From contig CAVXTH010000002.1 in assembly GCA_963764625.1 (NCBI GenBank), positions 1 through 64,000 on the forward strand: 64,000 nt of DNA, written 5' to 3'. This document shows, one piece after another, positions 58,780 to 64,000 of the stretch (position 1 is the stretch's first letter; each line of letters starts with the position of its first letter). Source of the DNA: Candidatus Krumholzibacteriota bacterium (GTDB lineage: Bacteria > Krumholzibacteriota > Krumholzibacteriia > JAJRXK01). Made by a program: the position numbers and the translations under genes. The notes under the pieces are model-generated. The model saw nothing but the letters and a program-made list of their open reading frames with translations, ran no database searches and had not been told where the DNA came from.

Positions 58780-61700
58780 GATGGGGTCCCCCCCACGTAT
58801 GCATCCAGCTCCTGGGTGAGCTTTCCGAGTTCCAGAGCGAGGGCACTCGCCATTTCCTCGGCGCCGGCCAGGTCCTGTTGTTTCCCCATCTCCTCCAGCG
58901 CGAGGGCGAGCGCGGCGGCGGCATGCCCTCCGAAAGCTCCGACCGATCCCTTGAGCGTATGGGCCCTGCGGTGAAGGTCCATGGCATCCCCGTTGCGGAT
59001 GGCGGCTTGAATCCCCGACAAGGTGCGCAGGCTGTCCCTCTTGAATAGGGATGCAACTTCCGCCAGGAGCTCCCTATCGCCATCCACGCTGGTCATGGCC
59101 ACATCGCAGTCGAAACTGGCCGGCGGATCCTCTGAAGCCGGGGAAGCGGTCGGCGGCTCGCGGCGCAGTGCGGCCATGGCGTCGAGCAACGCTTCGATGC
59201 GAAGGGGTTTGGAGACATAGGCATCCATGCCCGCCGCCAGGCACTCTTCTCGGTCACCCTTCATGGCGCGGGCGGTCAGCGCAATGATCGGGATGTGCCC
59301 GCCGCCGGTCTTCTCACGCTCCCGGATACGTGCTGTGGCCTGGAACCCGTCCATCACGGGCATTTGTATGTCCATGAGAATGATGTCGAACGAATGCGCG
59401 TCGTTTTCTTCGAGATGGGCCAGCACCTCGACGCCGTTCGTGGCGAGCGTCACACTATGACCGCGTTTCTCAAGCATGTTGATCGCGATCTTCTGGTTGA
59501 CCAGATTGTCCTCGGCGAGAAGCAACCTGAGCGGACGGATGGCTTCCCGCAACGTGTGTTCGGGTTACCAGGGGCGCCGTGGCGTCATTCGGTTCCGCTC
59601 TTCCAAGTACGGTCATGATCGCGTCGAGGAGGGTCGACTGCTTGATCGGTTTGGTCAGGTAAGCGGACACGCCCAGCTCTTTGCAGCGGGCGGCGTCACC
59701 GCGCTGGCCCGCGGATGTCAGCATGATGATGGCAGGGGTGATGTCAGGAGCCTGCTGTACGTGCTCGGCCACTTCGTAACCGTCCATACCCGGCATATTG
59801 GCGTCCAGCAACAACAGGGGGAAGGGGTCGCCGGCCTGCGTTGCCTCGGCGAGCATCTCCAGGGCCGACTGCCCCCCGTCAACGGCAACCGGCTGCATGC
59901 ACCAATTGGTCAACATGTCGGTCAGGATACGCTGGTTGGTCAAGTTGTCATCGACCACCAGCACCCGCAGTGCATCCGGAGGCGGCGAATTCAGCATGCT
60001 CGGGCTCGCCACAGGCGCCTGTTGCAACCCCATCCGCACGGTGAAATGACACGTGGTGCCCTGACCCAGCTCACTTTCCATCCATATCCGACCGCCCATC
60101 AATTCAACCAGACTGGCCGAAATACTCAGACCCAGGCCGGTCCCACCGTACTTGCGAGTTGTGCTGGCATCGGCCTGTGCGAACGCGTTGAAGATCCTGG
60201 CCTGCGTATCGGCCGACATGCCAGCGCCAGTATCCGTCACGGAAAACTGCAACATGACGGATGACTGATCACCGACCGCTGCTGACAGTTCCCCCGCGTT
60301 CTCTACCCGCAGCACGACCTCGCCGCGGTCCGTGAACTTGATGGCGTTCCCCACCAGGTTGACAATCACCTGGCGCAGCCGGTCGGAATCGCCCACAACG
60401 GCATCCTCGACATCCGAGCGCACGTCGTAGGCGAGCTCCAACGACTTCCTCGCGGCCCGCAGGGCAAGCGACTGGAGTATGTCTGCCAGAGAGTCGCGCA
60501 GGTTGAAGTCAACCGGGTCCAGCTCGAGCATGTGTGCCTCGATCTTGGAGAAGTCGAGGATGTCGTTGATGACGGCCAACAGCGATTCGGACGACGATTT
60601 GATGGTTTGGGTAAACTCCCTCTGTTCGCGCGTCAAGACCGTGTCCATGAGCAGATCCGTCATGCCCATGACACCATTCATCGGGGTACGGATCTCATGG
60701 CTCATGTTGGCCAGGAACTCGCTCTTGGCCAGGTTAGCCGCATCGGCTTCGGCCATTGCCGCCAACAGCTTCTCCTGGGTCCGCTTGTGCTCTGTGACGT
60801 CCCGGCTGATGCCTCTGAAGCCACTCAACATGCCGTCTGCGTCCAGAAACGGAACCCCGCCGACCTGAAACACCACCTCATGTCCATCGCGGTGCAGAAC
60901 TGTGACCTCAAAACCGTCGAAAGCTTTCTCTATCTGAGCTTGCTCACCGAAGAACTTCTCTGTTCTGTCAGTTTCAGCTTCCGGCAACAGCGCAAACAGT
61001 CTCTTGCCGACAATCTCCTCCGGAGCATAGCCAAGGGAATCCCTGACCTTGGGGTTGCAGTACGTGAAGACGGCACTTGAATCGACTTCCCATATCCAGT
61101 CGCTCGTGCTCTCGGTCAGTGCCCGGAAACGCTCCTCGCTTCTCTGCAACTCCCGCTCCGCCCGTTTCTGGTCGGTTACGTCGCTATAAATGCCCAAGAG
61201 GCCGGAGACTCTTCCCTCAACGTCGCGCAGCGGTACCTTGGAGGTTCGCAGCCAGATTGTGCTCCCGTCACTCGTGGTCTGAGGTTCCTCGAAGTCGAGT
61301 TTCGGTATGTCGGAATCCATCACCCGTCTATCATCGGCGCGGTACAGCTCGGCCTGTTCGCTCCAACTCATCTGGAAGTCATCCTTGCCGAGCAGGTCCT
61401 CGGGACGCGAAAACCCCGCATCTCGCGCAAAGGCGCTGTTGCAGCCGAGATAGCGACCTTCCCTGTCCTTCCAGAACACGCGCACGGGCACGGTTTCCAG
61501 GATGGAGCGGAGCATGTCCCTCGATTCGGCGAGTGCAGCCACGGTCTTCGTGCGCTCGGTCACGTCGCTGAAGAAGCCAACGACACAGGGCAGGCCTCCA
61601 ATCTCAACCGGCGCCGTGTTGATGTCCGCGAACAGGATGGTTCCGTCCTTGCGGATGCACGGGAGGGTCGCGGCCTGTTGAGTCTCTTTGGATGCCGCAT

Positions 61701-63083
61701 GCGCATCGAATGACGCGATCACGGCGGGCAGACTCTCGACGGGATGGATGCTCTCGACTGCCATTCCCGTCAGTTCTTCCACTGTATAGCCGAGCATCTT
61801 GCATAGCGTCGGATTGGCGTACTGGAACGTGTGCGACTCCTCATCAGCGACCGCGATGCCTTCGGCCGCACACTCAAACAGAACACGGAATCTCTGCTCC
61901 GAATCGCGCAGGGTGACGCCTAAGGCAGCGAGCTCGTCGAACGCCTCGGCGCGCTGAAGGGCCAGCTCCCGCTGGCGCCCTGCCGCGCGCAACATGCCGC
62001 CCATGGCGACCGCGACAAGGACCGTAAAGGCCAGTAAGGCTGCGGCCAGAGCTTCGTCCTGCCAACCCGGGAATTCCGCCGCGAACGCCGGGGCGGGGCG
62101 GGAAACCACCGTCCACCGCCGGTCTGCCACCGCCAGGGACACCCGATCCTCAATGTCCAGGGTGTCCTCGAGGGCCGTCGCCGGGGTGTCGATTGGCTGA
62201 GTCCGGGATCGGGATGCGTGGAAGTGGAGCAATCGCTCGCCTGCCGGCAGACCGTCGTCGACCAGGTACAGGTCCAAGCCGGCAGTTTTCAGCCCGCTGA
62301 ACGCTGCCTCGGCCATGTCGGCAATATGGGTTACGCCAACCGCAAAGCCGACCAGGGCCTGGCGGCGTTCCGCCATGCTCACCGGAACCGCGCCATGCTC
62401 GTATACAGGGAGCACGAAGCAGGAGTTCCAACTCGCCATCCACCTCGTGCTGCGGAGGCAAAGCAGACCGAAGCCGTCAGCGTCCCCGCGTCCCGCGCCT
62501 TCTCGAAATCGGCCATGAGCGCGGGATCTGACCCAAGGTCGAGTCCCAAGACAGCCCCATGCCCTGTCGCCGGTTCAAGGTAGTACAGTGGGAAGTACTC
62601 GTCTCGCCTCGCCGCCGGGGTCGGTGTACCGTCTTCGCCTCGCTCGGTGATCATGAATCCGGGCAGGCCATCTTCCCGCGCGTCGGTCTCGAAGGCCTCA
62701 CGATGGGCGTCGGGTACCCGCGGAATCCATTCCATGGAGTGGAGTTCGGTGTGCCGTTCGAGCGGCATGCTACAGAAGCTGTGGAACTCCGCTCGGGTCA
62801 CGTTCTCCGAGCCGCTGAAATAGCTTCCGACCCCTTGAACGATCTCGCATTGCACATCGATCATGCCCTGCAGCACCGACGCATACGCCTGGGTGCGACG
62901 GTTGAGCTCTTGGTGCATGAAGGCCTGCTCCCGCCGGTTCAGGTCCCGGTAGAGAAACAGCGACATGGCCAGACCGGTCAGGAGCACCAACCCCACGGCC
63001 ACGCGGGCCCGGATCTTGGCCCGTCTCCTCGCTGGTTTCCGGTTCGCTGTTGAATGATCATTGGTCATCGACACTTTGCTCAC
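58776..63083 (-). CDS. hybrid histidine kinase CHASE-PAS(x3)-HisKA-HATPase-REC-REC-HPt (frameshifts near 59558 and 62420-62460)
   Basis: EWIPRV and LGLDL (CHASE), three PAS domains, MSHEIRTPMN, NAIKFT, GGTGLGL, two receivers and AHTLKGS. Split into ORFs 62379-63083, 59470-62439 and 58776-59552. Confidence 0.85.
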
Positions 63084-63142
63084 TTCCCTATTCGGGATCT
63101 ACAATCGAAATATCAAGATGAAACCGTGTCCACTGTCCCTGC

Positions 63143-63203
63143 TCTGCACCCGAAGCAGCTGGCATAACAAGAGGTGCTCGCCTGCTGTCGCGGAGGGTTA
63201 GGA
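63143..63203. mobile_element. partial long-type attC site
   Basis: TCTGCACCCGAAGCAGCTGGCATAACAAG...GCGGAGGGTTAGGA matches the 50829 and 53998 family. Confidence 0.6.
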
Positions 63204-63447
63204 TGATTCGCACTCGAGGAGCCAAGCACTAGCCCCCTTCGGCCTGGTCGCCATCGGGATCGGCCATCCGCATCCCTATCCAGCATCTAGCTGACGATCG
63301 CGTAAATCGTGCCCGTAAACCCGATATGGGTTGGAACTTTGGAGTTATCCAAGTAGATATGCTTATGTTGACTATGTTTCGTGTCCAACTTCCAAACTTT
63401 TAGTTGCTGCTTCTGCCTGACCCTCCCAGCCTTTCGTAGACACACAG

Positions 63448-63778
63448 TTAGGTCAGGTTTCGCATACTCTTCTCGTATTCGACAGGGCTGACCGCCGGGA
63501 CGCTGAGTCTTCTCGCCTGCGACGGAGGCGGCGGAAGCCCCACCGGCCCCGCGATGTTCAGCGTCGACCAGGCCATATTAGCCGAACCTCGAGCAGCGAG
63601 TACCGACCCGCATGGAGCCCGGTCCGGTAGGATCAGCGCCATACGAAACCACAACACTTCGCCGATGTGCACGCGGTAGATCGGATAGCATTGCAGGCCC
63701 GACAAACTCTGGGTGAAGACCCTTCTTGGTGAAAGGAGACCGATCCATAAGCAGAGCGTAGACGAAGATCTTGCTCAT
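63448..63778 (-). pseudogene. gamma-glutamylcyclotransferase-like fragment
   Basis: IFVYALLMD...GPAML, continuing as YRVHIGE in a shifted frame. Confidence 0.35.
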
Positions 63779-63812
63779 GGGTTCGGGGCTGTTCGTTCAG
63801 CGGGGCGACTCG

Positions 63813-64000
63813 CTATCCGGCATGCCCTGGCGGGCTGAACACCCCGAGCTGTTGCCACATGCCGAGCAGATCCAGCTGCTCCCAAGCCTCGACGATCTTG
63901 TCACCTGAGAAGCGGTAGATGGTGATTCCACCAAGAGCGATACGCGTGCCACGTGGCTCGAGACCCGCCAGGGGGCCGGTGTGAGTCCCGGTGGCGCTCC
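63813..64000 (-). CDS. ester cyclase (SnoaL-like), partial at window edge
   Basis: TGTHTGPLAG...GITIYRFSGDKIVEAWEQLDLLGMWQQLG. Confidence 0.8.
   Translation of the reverse strand, partial: SATGTHTGPLAGLEPRGTRIALGGITIYRFSGDKIVEAWEQLDLLGMWQQLGVFSPPGHAG

Noticed and set aside
1-64000. rRNA, tRNA or intact transposase
   Set aside because: I recognised no cloverleaf, rRNA-like stretch, or DDE/HUH transposase ORF by eye.

Overview
GC-rich bacterial window with no rRNA, tRNA or CRISPR. A FlgD-Ig C-terminal domain and secreted proteins ending in SWGxxKxxY/F suggest an FCB-superphylum candidate lineage such as Krumholzibacteriota, Eisenbacteria or Latescibacterota (inference). At 0.9-5.5 kb there are four paralogous secreted Cys-containing proteins with a conserved SWGALK tail. 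The 5.5-38.8 kb stretch holds mostly minus-strand accessory genes, including a TMEM175-esterase fusion, an LVIVD/FlgD protein, a frameshifted GH92 with an apparently circularly permuted F5/8 insert, and a DUF5916 protein. From 38.8 to 56.3 kb lies a decaying integron cassette array with about 10 whole or partial attC sites and an intI C-terminal remnant. It is interrupted on the opposite strand by a three-gene block: a cholesterol-dependent-cytolysin-like lipoprotein, an STK-associated ECF sigma factor and a Ser/Thr kinase with TPRs. The 57.8-63.1 kb stretch encodes a CHASE-PAS hybrid kinase and a REC-GGDEF protein. Many frameshifts and internal deletions are present and may be partly sequencing or assembly errors. 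All family calls come from motif recognition by eye, not from database searches.
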